A stretch of 64,000 nucleotides of DNA from Phoronis australis. Lineage: Eukaryota > Animalia > Phoronida. Every line of letters starts with the position of its first letter. The stretch's first letter is position 1. The notes below the pieces were generated by a model. That model searched no databases and was not told the DNA's origin. It was given only the letters and a program-made list of their open reading frames with translations. The translations under genes were made by a program, and so were the position numbers. Positions 26,101 to 38,600 of the stretch are shown here, in pieces. The DNA lies in assembly GCA_002633005.1 (NCBI GenBank), contig NMRA01000695.1:62001-126000 (forward strand). The letters run 5' to 3'.

Positions 26101-29100
26101 TGATTTGCATGCCTAGTTAATGTATCCATGTTTCTCTACATGACGATATTAGTTTATTCATCCAGGCTCATCCATTGCTGCTTGTCTAAGGAATATAGGC
26201 ACCAAGTGACTTTCGAATGTCTGGTGACATCACAATGGGCCATGCAAAGTAATAATCTGAGCGTTTATGTAATATATGAAGAAAGAGAATTTAGCTTTAG
26301 CACCCTGTCTGTTTTATGTGCCCATATGTTGTATGTGGTAGCATATTGCCATCATCTCTGTCCAGTCCCTGCTGTTGTACCTCCAAAACCTTTTGGAAGA
26401 TCTTCATGTAAGCAAACAGATGTCTTCTTGTGGAGATGACAACGTTCAGGCGGATGTCCGATTACTCCTTTTTCTCTTTTTGTCAATTCAATAAGTAATT
26501 TTTGTTTGCCTGTGTATTGTCGCAGTAACTTGCCAGATTTTCATGAAATTTGACAACATGTTTCTATTATAAAGACAATGATGCCTTCAGTTTCCGTTTT
26601 TGAACAGATTTGTCTTATTCTGTACCACCTGGTTGCTATTTTTGTATTGTTTATGAGGTTCTTTTTCTGTTTCTCTGTCAAGCTACTCAAACTATCATTG
26701 TGAATATTGACAGATGTGATCCTGCTGAGAAGACCATGGCTGCTGTTGATTTCACTTGGTCTGATTACTGTGGTGTCCTCTAGTGGCAATTTTGTTTTTT
26801 TTGTGTCTGTGGCTGTATCTTCGTGGCCCCTCGCATGATCTTTGTGAAATTTGGCAAGCGTTTTCTATGAATGTGGTCACATAATATCTTGACGACTTTT
26901 GAACCGATCTGGCTACTGCTGTGCCCCCTTGTGGCAAGTTTTTTTATTTATCTCTGGCAAATAGGATTCTATTTAGGAGACGAGAACCTCTTCAATCCCA
27001 TCTTTGTCTTCACTTTGGGATGTAATTCTTTGGGGGACGGAGTGCTTATGGGGATGTTCCTTGTGCAGTGATGTCGGATCTTCACTCAGATGACTAAGAT
27101 GTTGTCCTCATTTTGTTAGACAATACCTTGCATATTGCTTTGGAAATTAAGTTTTAGTGTGGAGCATTAAAAAAATAAACTGGTTGAAATTTAGTGAGAA
27201 GACTGACTTCCAGTTTCAGCCTCCATTAACTTTGTTGGCAAATTTCATATTTGGAATGCTTGATATACGTTTCTTTAGGTTTACGCAATATTGACTCATG
27301 GAGTGGCAAAATGCGTGCGCCTTTTGTGGACGTCTATGGTGAAAAGTACTTTCGGACCCAGTGGAGTAACTGGGTAACAGCCTTTAACAGATTCTACCAT
27401 GAGAACGAAGGTTGGTCACATATTTTTGTCTGTACACTAAGCCATGTATAGTATTGAATTGAAAATAACATACCACTATTCGTCATACTGTCTGTAATTT
27501 GGGGGATTTCGTCTACGGCATCTCTTCACTTATTTAATACACAACATGACCGTCAGGTGAAGTTCTAGTTTGTCAGTTTCCACAAAAATAAAAATTAAGA
27601 AAAAATTAGTCTATTACTAGATGTGGTTTGTACTGCGTTGATGTCATAAAACAACTTTGTTATATTTTCCATCATTTGTAGTGAAGGAATCAGCTTTTGA
27701 AAATTTGAAAAATTGCAATTTTGGAAATAATTTTTGTGCGAACTAAGTGGAGAATTACTGTATTATTTTGCTGACATTTTCAAATGCATTGTGGGATGAT
27801 TGTGGGCTCATAAACATATGGTGACATCAAAGATAACTTGGCGACGTATAAACAATATGACTGAAAGCAACACTCGTTATGTGGCATGCATCAAAATTAA
27901 AAGCACGGGTCCTCCCAAACATTCTTTTTGTTGTGAGTACAACTAACTAACCATCAGAGAAAAATTAAAGATTGAAAACGAGCCTCAAAATGTATCAACT
28001 AAAGACACGGATTATCAAGTCTTCTGCTCTAAAGATTCATGCGCCACCAGGTCATGCTCAAGTCAAATTTCACTAAAATGCAAATTATGAGTCATCTGTG
28101 ATGTCACCGGATGTTTACGAGCGGACAAATGCCTCGCAATGCTCTTGAAAAACGACATCGGCGTCGTATATGAAATTCCCACGAGTAAGTCAAATAAATG
28201 TGCTTACTACATTTCTCACAAAACATTCAACTGTATGCGTGTACAGTTTGACTCAGAGGTCGTCTGCTCCATTGGTCTTGCTTTGCACATATCACAACTT
28301 CTAAGGTTAACTTCCAGGGTGTTTAAATTAAAGTGACTATAAATCCTCTTGTTGTCCAAGAAGGAAACTTTTGATTTAGACCACTTGCTTTAACTTTAAA
28401 ATTGGTTCCAACTTGTTTCTGTCTGAGAGCATACTCATAAAGTGACAATCCTTCTAAAGCCAACCTATTGGAACTGATCCAAAGCAGTTAACAACTGCTA
28501 GCTCTTCCTAAACTCAGAAATCACACGTGGTCTGCGTTGAGACCAATGGTAAATGGTCTCAAAAGCTGGTTGTGTACATAAAAGCTTTAAAAAGGCTTTA
28601 AAATTGGTGCAATTTTTAACAGAAAATATTGTCTTTCATCTTAGGCAATATATTCAAAGAAGACCTACCAAACATAAAGTGTCCCACACTAGTCATTCAT
28701 GGAGAGAAAGATCCCCTTGTTATGACTGAACACCCTCAGTACATTCATGAACATATCAAAGGATCAAAGTGAGTATTTACTGATTTCTGTCCTTCATGAT
28801 ACACTATTTAGTCCAAAAGTTTTTGCGTTTTGCGTTATTAAAACTTTAACAATTCACTGTCAGTTTTTATATTTTCTGTGATTTACAGGATTTTAGAACA
28901 TAAAAAATTCTGGAATCATTGGGGGTTTGCTTAGTCGCTGATCCACAAGGGTAATGAAACAATTTCCTTCTCCGCCAGAACCATAAACCTTTTGTTGTGT
29001 TTATTTACACAGGGTAACTGACTGTTGTATACCAACAGTGGGGGGAGGGGTCACAAAACGCTAATTTTACTGACCTTGCATGTCAACGTCAAAAGGTCTG

Positions 29101-30795
29101 TTGTGTGTGGACACTCAGGATTTACAAACCTTCTGCAAAATTGTAAACCAGTATGTGGACTAGTTACCCCCAACATCGCAATGTTCCTTACCGTAGTTAT
29201 TTATCCGTTAAAATTTTTGTTTGCCTTGCTAGTAGTCAATTCTGTAGTGCATCTTTTATTATGTGGACGTATTACTCCCAGAAAGTGTGTCTTACCTTGA
29301 TATAAGGAGAAATGCATACATTGCTCTATCAGCATTACCTTGATATAAGGAGAAATGCATACATTGCTCTATCAGCATTACCGCAATGCAGCGGCGTACA
29401 TTTTTGCTGTCTCATCGGTTTGAACACCAGCCATCCATTAAATGTTGTCACATACTGTTTGGTATAGGCCCACTCTCTCCAGTTATAACAAGCATTTGTC
29501 ACTGACTTCCTTGCAAGCTCACTTCGTGGCGCTAGTAAGGCAAGATCCTCTGTAGAAATGTCTGCATTCTAGTAATTCTGTGGTATGTTTATCACACAAA
29601 ATCCCCCTTGCTGATGGACTTTTTTCTATTCAAATGTCACAGGTATCTTCCTTCATCAGCTCTTTATAGAGAGTATCGAGTTGTCCATTGACTAGTGACT
29701 TTGGTCCATACATGTTACCCTATGGACTAGTGAGTGCTGACTACCTGTTTAATTTAGCACTAAGTTAACACATTATGTTGTAAGCAATCTTTCATTGAAA
29801 TTTAGGCCAATCTATTATCTGTAAGTCTTGCAGGCAAATTGTGCTTATACTGTAAAATCTTGTCAATTTCGGTCAAAACCAATTCCGGAAATAGCATTGT
29901 CTTCACATTCAAAAGCTTCTAACATTGATGTGACTGCTTGCAGTTCGTCAAAATATTGTCTGTCATTAGCTATGGTACAGAACTTGAATTTAGCAAAGCA
30001 TCCTTTTGGTGCATGTAAACTATCATAACTTATGAAAATGTGAGAAAATGAAATTTCACCCGTCCACCAGATTGTGTCCCCAACAAGTGAGATTACACCG
30101 TAATAGGAGGCATGGCCGATGTTCCATTGTTGGCGCCCAGTAAAATTAACACTAAAGCGAGTTTCTGACAATAATTAAACAGTTGACACTGCAAATGATC
30201 TGGCCCTAAAATGACGGAACTAACAATGATGATTTTCACAGCTGTGTCCAAAAGTAACGAACAGCAAGAAATCATTTGAAGTGATATTTTTTGTCTGAAC
30301 TGGTACAGTGCTCGTTCATCGGAGGGGAAAAGTGCCTCTGTCTTCTGAGAGGGGAAAATTTGGGTTAAGGGGGAAAATCATACCTCCCGATCACCATCAA
30401 TAACACCCTGTTGCAAGCCTTTATAGGCTCTACCTCAAGTAGCCAAAACTAACATTTTGTGCTTCTTGAAATTGTCATCTGTGTGAATTACAAGTGATTC
30501 GAACCTCGAGGCGAATTTTTCAATCACTTATGGGAATGATTAGGGAATTTCGCGTGATTTTTCAGTATTTTTCAGAGGGGAATGGGTGCGAAAATCGAGG
30601 GATTGAGAGCCCTGGGTGAATGTGTCCAAAAGGACTGAGATTTTGCCGTACGCACCAAACTGTATTTGGTGCTCTCTCTTATGTGAGTTGCTGCTCTGTT
30701 CCAGATTAGTCATGATGCCTGAAGCAAAGCACAATCTGCACCTCCGATTTGCTGATCAGTTCAACTTCATGGTCACCAAGTTCTTGATGGAGTGA
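14155..30795 (+). CDS. BPHL: Valacyclovir hydrolase / biphenyl hydrolase-like serine hydrolase (~280 aa)
   Basis: Exons 14155-14228 (Arg-rich presequence-like MARILVRRCAAVLGHFRAP; less certain), optional 18073-18120, then 23079-23179, 25259-25425, 25877-26030, 27279-27410, 28645-28768, 30705-30795; all phases fit. Motifs: LHYEITGTGDHTVLLLPGALG, WDPRGFGKS, nucleophile GFSDG, HGEKDP (acid), KHNLHLRF (His), all matching BPHL. Confidence 0.92.
14528..15615. mobile_element. Foldback element (same family as 61066-61572) interrupted by a TRIM
   Basis: Arms cttcatacgctggaag..ggcaaattatgcct / aggcataattc..cttccagcgcatgaag; 15145-15290 aligns with ~61125-61270. Confidence 0.65.
14625..15141 (+). mobile_element. 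TRIM (miniature LTR retrotransposon) with tRNA-like LTRs, Helenus-like
   Basis: Direct repeats 14625-14755 and 14991-15141 with TGT..ACA outer ends; PPT aggaaaggggggaaa 14976-14990; degenerate PBS-like tgacgtggttggt at 14758; A box tagctgaatgg and B box gg(t/g)tcgat(t/c)cc in each LTR; flanks cctt / cctc. Confidence 0.8.
20549..21354 (+). repeat. Near-identical duplicate of 19320-20114 (probable uncollapsed haplotype)
   Basis: The first copy ends exactly at N20115; colinear alignment with small indels. Confidence 0.8.
25038..25225. repeat. ~60-bp tandem repeat, 3 copies
   Basis: Unit ~aaacatcagtaacaggccaggaacatcag..gggaattgtgggtgaggagaatagaggtactgg, ending ~35 bp before a BPHL acceptor site. 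Confidence 0.85.
26400..27118 (+). mobile_element. Degenerate HINE/DINE-like repeat-array element (opposite orientation to 52292-54885)
   Basis: Reverse complement shows the same unit motifs (ttgccactagaggacac, ttgccacaagggggcac, aaatttcatgaaaatc); boundaries approximate. Confidence 0.5.
29292..29382. repeat. Perfect 43-bp tandem duplication
   Basis: ttaccttgatataaggagaaatgcatacattgctctatcagca x2 plus ttacc. Confidence 0.9.
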
Positions 30796-32288
30796 GTTTC
30801 ACACAAGGTGCAAGGAAATAAATCTGTCGCCATCAGCAATTGGAGATCGATAATAAATAAACAATGTTTGACTTGTGAGCTCCACACTGAAGTGATTGGT
30901 TGCACTAAATGTTTGAGAGAAGTAATGCTTCCTTGCTACTTATTGCTTTGTGTACAAGGGTCGCTCATAGCTCTGAATTTGAAAATCAGTACAAGTGTGC
31001 CATTCTTTTCACTCAGTATTCAAGAGTATCTTCCTCTTTGCAGTTATACTGACACTTTGATTGAGATTGTCAAGCTTGACTGAGTTGTTTGATGTTGCAT
31101 GTGGCCCACAGCGCTGTGGTTGGGTCAAAACTTGGTTAGTACACTCCAAAAGTAATCCCTGTCCTGAATTGTATGTGACACTTGGCTTTCCTCAATTTCT
31201 GAATGATGGTTTATGACCCTTATTAATTGGTCCATGATGTTGCGCACCCAGCAGATTTATATGAAGCAGAATCATGCTGACTGTGGACAGCTTTCTAGTC
31301 CTTGGTTATACAAGTCACATTTGTTGTATGATTTTCAATAGTCAAAAACCTAGTAACCACCTGACTGTATTTTTCGTAAACTATTCAAACATACTACTTA
31401 AAACATTCAAAACGAAAGTTTGAAATGTACCATTGACACCCTCAGTGTTTTCAACCACGTTTATTGTGGGGAATTTCTGGCCTAAGTGCCCAAGTTAATC
31501 TTCAGGGAGAGATAACATCAGCCCAGCTAAAGCTGGATGGTTTGTGATAGCTGCAGGTTTTAAGGTTAGTGAACCAGTTGAAGCACCGACATTGGGCAAC
31601 TCAACCGGTAGGCATAAGATTCTGTTCATGCCAAACTCAATATTGTTTCCCCAACATAACTGGTCATTCTAGCTTCCCAGATGTTGAACTCTGCTTGAAC
31701 TCAATCGCCATGGCAATGAATTGCGCTTGTGCTCAGCTGCCATGACGGTGAATTTTGGGTCGTTTTCCAATGTTTTTCCTGTGTACTGTACCAGCTTATT
31801 TTTTTTCTGAATTTGTTTAGTTTGATTGATTTCCTGATAAGGTTACAAATCTGTATAATTAAGGATAAGTTTCCTAATAATTAAAAAAATTGTGTTCGAA
31901 TTTTTGCTTGCCAAAAGCGCATCGTCTGGTCTGTTAGGGAAAATGTACGAGTGTTCAAGTATCAGAACATGGTTTTAAGTGTTGACTCGTTTCCCTTCCA
32001 CCTATAAGTAAGCACTTAAAATTAAAAGTGCTTGCATTACCTGAACTAAATAAAGCTTTGTGCTAGTTATTTAAATATCAGTGCTTTATGACTGTCTGCT
32101 TCAGGAGCTGTGGCATTGCAATGTCGTCCCTGTTGCCATATAAAAAATAATTGAATAATTGCAGGTGGTCTGGTACAATGGACGCTTGCATGCCGCTCTG
32201 GTGGGCCTATTGTACTGATCACCTGCTTTATTAATATGTAGGAAAAATCAATCTGAAGATCTAGAGACCTGACTAAAGGGTCCAGTAG

Positions 32289-32365
32289 TGTGCCCCAGTG
32301 GGACTCGTACCCACAACTTTGAGTAAAGCAAGGGTACTAGGTCACATTGCTAACTCTGTTGCCAT
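32289..32365 (-). repeat. Decayed tRNA-derived (SINE-head-like) relic
   Basis: Minus strand shows a T-arm gtggg-tacgagt-cccac with B-box-like ggtacgagtcc and an upstream weak A-box-like tggcaacagagttag; no intact cloverleaf. Confidence 0.4.
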
Positions 32366-32665
32366 ACACTTGCTGTAGAATTTCTCAATGAGTTGGTTGA
32401 CACTTCTGCTCTGCAGCTATGATATGTTACAAAATCTCATTTTGATAGTGGTGACATGCTTCCCAGTTTGTTTGTGACACCTGCTTCACTGTTTATAACA
32501 CTCGCATGTTAAGTTAGGCGGTTATGGACCTGGGAGGAATTCGTGTATTCATGTCACCTAAGTTGTTGTTGAATATATCGAAGCTTACGTTTCATTGTCT
32601 CTTTCAATCTTCTATTGTTGGTTATCTGTCGGCTGAAGGTACACCAGCACAATTCACATCATGGA

Positions 32666-35600
32666 CTAGTTCGCGTTCACTATTTCCATTTCATTCAGGG
32701 TATTGTCTGTATCTGCAGTCAATTCAGTTTGGCTCGTTTGCCGGTTATATTTATTCGCGGACCCCGGTTTAGTTTCTCCAGTTTTGTATTCTTTGTTTTC
32801 GTAGAACCTCTTATAAACGTTAACTGCAATCAACCATAAAATTAACGGAATCGGAGTAAACGTGCCAACAGTTACAGGCATAATTGTCGCCAGATCACCT
32901 TCGGGTTGCGGCAGCGTCGTCTTCGCTAACACCACTGCAATACCCGTGTTCTGCACTCCTGTCTCAAACATTAGGGTCTTGACTCTCGTCCATGGCTGGC
33001 GGCATATGAATGCCAGAAGTCCGCTCAGTAGCATTCCTGTATAAGGCAGTAGCATGCTGGATATCGGTATTCTCCAATCTTTCATTTTCACGTAAATATA
33101 CCAGTTTACGCATGCGTTGAATATAACGACGAATAGAACAAGGAACAAGCAAATTGGCTTGATCAGTCTGCTAATGAACTTCGCTGCTTTTGGCGCGAAT
33201 CGGCGAATGATAATGCCGATGATGCAGGGAATCGCCGAGGCAGCTAGAGATATGGCAATGTTCTCGAAAGGTATCTGGATATCGGAGTCGATTATCGTTT
33301 TGCCCAGTGTTAGCAACCAAAGTGGCAACATACCTGAAATTGACAAAATCGTGAGTAGTCACGGAACAACTTAGACCCCACCAGTTTTCTCTTATTAGTC
33401 TTCGTTAACATAACTGCGACGTAATAGCAATTCCCAATTTTTTGTGGTAGAACGTTATTCAGGCCCGTAGGAAGGCAAAATTTATTGGGGAGGCACAAAC
33501 CACTGATTTCGACTTCGCCGCCACCCACCCCCCTCCAGTGCTCCCGATGCCACCATATTTGTACCGAATCTCGCACGTCCGCCCTAGGTGGGGGCACAGT
33601 GGCGGATTTAGAGGTGGCCAAAGAGCCATGGCTCCCCTAAAATTCTCAAAGATTCCATTTGGCAGTTCGGGGGTGCGAATTTCTGACGAGTAAAACCCAG
33701 CATGGCTAATACTCTGCCCTGCTCCCCCCCCAACTCAAAATCTTGAGTGTGCCCCTGGACAATCCCGGGCCGGGGATGAATGCCCTCAAGAGGTGAGTAA
33801 CCGTGAGCCAACACAGAGAGTAAGAATGGGCCTATAGGACCAGTGCACTGACCGGTAGCGAGGAGCTGCCTCAAGTAGCTCTATAGCTGAGGGTTCCTTA
33901 AAGGCGAAGGCCTGAACCTTTTTTCATGTCACTTTTAGCAAAAATAAGGTTCGTTGATTATCCCAGACGCATTTTTCACTTAATTACAGCTTTTCGTAAT
34001 TTGATTTATTTCTCGTCCTCTACTCCGGAAGTGACGTTTTGGGAGGCAATAGTTTCGCGCCAATTTCTTTTCATTATAGTCTGACTATGAGAGCTGTTGA
34101 GTCAGTCATTGTTCAACCTTGGTTGTGATACGTTCGGTCGTCGTTTGCTTTTGTTTACAAGTCAGTCAACATACCACGCTGTTGCTGCGTGCCGGGATGT
34201 ACTCATTATCGTCTCACACCTTGCGTCGCTTTCCGAAGGATGACACACTTCGCCGTCGCCTACTTGGCTAGCTCGTTCATGTGAAGAACGCAACGCTACC
34301 CGTCCACGCAACGTACAAAGCAGTGGAGGGTTACCGAGTGTGTGGCAAGCATTTTCTGCCGTCAGAGATATGTACGCTGAATTGATAAAGGTCCTTGCGA
34401 AACAACGCCTGAAGAAGGGTACCATACCGTCGATGTTGATTCCTTGCAGTGCCCCGTCGCCAACCCCGCGCGCGAGAAGTGCGTTTTTGAAGCGAAAAGC
34501 CTCGCGAGCTGTGGCCACTATGTACAGTGACTGGAGGCACTTCATCTACTGTCACCCGTGCCTCCGAACGTACCCCATTGCATGCAATTCCGGGAACTAG
34601 CAGTGATTCGCCCTGTGCTGTTGTCTCTAGCCCAGAACCTGTAAGCAGCCCTGCAGCGATGTTGAGTAGTGGGAATGAATACAGGCCCAGTTCGACACCC
34701 AGTGAAGAGGACAGTTCGTCATCCAATGAACAGATCGGTGAGCTTAAGTTTGATAAGTTTATTGTGGACTTGTATTGAAGCTATTTAGAAGGTGCCAGGT
34801 GTGTGGCGAGGGAGTCACACGGCGGGATGCAAGCAGTTTGGGTGCTCAGATCACCCTCCAGTGGGAGTGTGTCGCGGAACACTCGTGCAAGTGGGACAGT
34901 TCATCCTCTGTACGTGAGAGGATAATGAGTACATCCCAGTACGCAGCGAACAGCGTGGTATGTTGTTTGACTCGTAAGCAAAAGCAAACGACGACCGAAC
35001 TTATCACAACCGAGGTAGAACAATGACTGACTCGACTGCTCTCACAGTCAGACTATATGAAAAGAAATTGGCGCGAAATCCTTGCCTCCCAAAACGTCAC
35101 TTCCGGAGTAGACGACGAGTAATTAGTTAAATTACGAAAAGCAGTAAATAAGTGAAAAATATGTCTGGGATAATCAACGATCCTTATTTTTGCTAAAAAT
35201 GACATGAAAAAATGTTGCCTTCGCCTTTAAAAAGGTAAACCGTGCACTGATGCAGAGTTGTTAAATGTTCTCTTGAATTTTCTCTCTTATCCGTAGTCTT
35301 TCTTTTCTCGACTGTCCCGGAGCCCACGTCTGTGTCGGTTGCCACGGTTTAACCCTGACGCCTGAATTTTTTTGGGGGGCGCGTGTCCCTCCCAACACCC
35401 CCCGCTTCCTGCAGCCCTGTCATTCCGTATTCAAATACATGTAGTGCGGGACAACAATTAAGAAAAAATACAAAACTTGCCTAATGAAGCTATGACGCCT
35501 ATTAACGTCATTGTAATACTAAGGTCTATGTCCCCGTCTAGTAACGACGACCACAAATTACTTGCTCCTCCTCCTGGGCAGGAACCCGTGACGAACAGTC

Positions 35601-38600
35601 CGAAGGATAGCTCCGTTGGTAAGGAGAACAGCTTTCCTAGTCCAAATGCTATCTAAAACCAAACAATGCACATTTTGTTATGTCTAAAATGATTGAGGTG
35701 GCATAGGCGGATTTAGGGGGCGGGCTCAGGGTGCTGCCGCAAAAAATAAACAGTAAGAGCGTACTGAAGGAAATGTTGAGTTTATTAATTAACCCCGGTA
35801 ATTAAAGGTATACGGATGAAAAAAGATTTAAATGTGTGCAGTTTTAGTGTTGGGGGGGAGCTCAAATCCAATTTCAAGTGTCAAATTCGGAACACGTCGC
35901 ATTCGTAACGGAACTATGGCGAAGTATAAACTCTCCCGCGATATCCCCGGCGACCGGTAGTGGCGCTGCGCACTACGACTCCGTTTCCGTCGTCTGCTCC
36001 ACTGTGTAATGAAGAAAATTTACTTCATTTTTTAAAGAAAATGGAACCTGAGTGACGATGAAAAAACAGAAGCTGCTGGTAAGATGTGAATTTTAATCGA
36101 AGCCTTAGTGAATCACTCAGAAACTCACAATACTCTCTTTGTCAAACCTTATCTTAAGACGATTTCCAAAGCAATACCGTCATTCATTGCCAACACGAAA
36201 AAAGGATTTGGTCTTTTGGGCATTTGAAGACTATTTTAAATACGACAAATTTGTAAAGAATTGATGGCACAAAATATAAAACGTGTAATAATCATTACAA
36301 AAAGAAGTAGGTTTCGCGCGCAAACGCTGTGGACCATAAACAAGTAGGTCTCTTAGTATGAGATTAGTATTAGTTAAGTCGTGGTTCGGCAGTGGTAACG
36401 CACGCGCGCTCTATCCACCAGGTCGTGAGTTCGAGTCTTTGTTCCTTGCAGTTTTCCTGTTTGACACGTTCTCCGTGTTTTTTTTTTGCCTTTTTTTCTT
36501 GGATAATACTTCAGGAATCAAGGAAAATGCTTGATTTTTAGAGGTAAAAACAGAAAAATTTCCTGGGCGGGAGGGGGCAAACCCACCTCTTCCCATTCGG
36601 TGCTATGCGCATCTACAATCGTGGTTCAGTTTGCGCAAATGCTTACGGCCGGACAAAAAGTTTCCCCCCTTGTGATATCCTAGATCCGCCACTGGGTGGC
36701 ATTGGCTAATACACATGTATCTATAGGTTTCATTTTAGTTCCTCAGAAGGCAAAAGAGCGGATTTCGAAAACTGTTGCTACGGACGGAAGAACCATTTCG
36801 TGGGAGAAGAATTAACAAGATGTGTTAGAATATGTTGCATGAAATGCCTGAGTAGTAGTTTGTCTGGTGTTTAAGAGCGTTCGCCTTTTGTTTGACTCTC
36901 ATGCAGTGAAAATCACCGTGACGATAGACTTTGCGAGTGAAATGTAACAAAAAGGTACCATGACCCACAGGAATGTAAACATTGTTAGGGGAAAACAGAC
37001 TAATTAGACTTTACCTAACTTTTGATCCGTCCCAAATTTCAGATTTTGTCTCACTGTCGCAACCACATCCGCCTGGCCCAGGCCGTCGCTACTGATTTCG
37101 CAACACCCCCCCCCTCCCAGAGGCGTGCGGGTTTTGATGTTTTGGGGCAGTCACTAGAAACTTGGGTACCCTTGTTTCGACGGAATTTCTCTAGAAACTG
37201 TCACTCTTTAGGATTGAACTCGGGGTCTAATCTTTGTCCTCGGAATGAAATTCATTTTCTGTGCGAACTCAAAAGTAAACTCGAGATTTAACTCTAACTT
37301 AAACTTTAGTTTAATGCTGAGGTCATCAGGTGTAAACAGGAGAGACCGTCATAATTCGCGTAAACCATGTACACTAGCACAGGATAATAAACGTATACCT
37401 GGAGTAGAACAAAAATGTCGAGTAAAGTTTTGGTTTCGAGTACATTAAGACGATACTCCGGGGCCTGAACGCGTTGCACGAATTACGCGTTCAGGATATC
37501 GAGGGGATATTTTTTACTAATTTTAGCTTAGCTGGGATGCCAATATGTGCAGCCAAGCTATAGTACTTTCTTTTGGGATTATAAAAACACTTAAAGAAAC
37601 TCCCACCACGGGCTGAGAAGTAGAATTGAGTTAACGGAATATCGTCTTAGGAAGCATCGATAATAGCTTCGTCTGTTTCGAAGAGTGTCGGAAATGAGAT
37701 CCATATGGTCAGGATTCACTTTACTAGGGTTCAATTTCGAGAACGTTCACTAATGCTTTGAAGGAAAGGCTGTGTTTTCGGGGTTCCTGAAACATTGCAT
37801 CGAGTGGCTGATGTCAGTGTGGAAACATCGGTAAAGGAGGGGGGGGGGGNGTGACCGAAGCTCACCATCTTGTGTCAAAATGCACCGACATGAATTTTGT
37901 TAGGGGTCCAATTCAGATTACCAAAATTCCTGTAGTGCACCTTGTTGTCTAGAGTCCCCAATTTCAACCAGTATCTAAATTCACCGAAGCCACATGTATT
38001 ACAACTTTACCTTCTAGTTTTCGAAAAAACGCCAATGAATCAGTCCGTTTTAGTTGATGCATAAACATTTTAATCGAATCTAATGAAATTTTGCTTTTTA
38101 CCTAAAGAAATCTTTTGCACGGCCCTCACATTGCAATTGAGCAGCGGACGCCCGAACGCCCAGACATAGAAGACGATAATGCATCCACGCGTGTATCTGA
38201 GCGCATGAAGATTACAAAAAGTTCAAGAAGTCTTGCAGCGATACCCCAGTATTGGCGATTTATGTTTCTTGTGCCTTCAATCGTCGTTTAAGCTAGGGTA
38301 GCCGGTCAACTGGCAAATGGATACGCAAATCACACATGAGCATTCTGTTGGAAAATCAGATTGGCAAACCAAAAAATAATGATTCCTCTTTTCATGGTTA
38401 GACATGAACACGATGTCCTTTTATATCGAAATCCCAATGTAACGTCAACAATGCAACAATATCGCATTTTTGTTATAATTTCGCAACTCATAAAATTCAT
38501 TAAATACTACCACTGCATGATGGGCTGGTTAAAGGAGAATGCAACTTTTTCATGGCATTTTTAGTAAAAGTACGATTCCTTGATTATCCCAAACACATTT

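Noticed and set aside
34162-35026. Domesticated THAP gene, or the overlapping 83-131 aa ORFs as real genes
   Set aside because: Multiple frameshifts, lost ATG, no catalytic domain, bounded by TIRs and TTAA.
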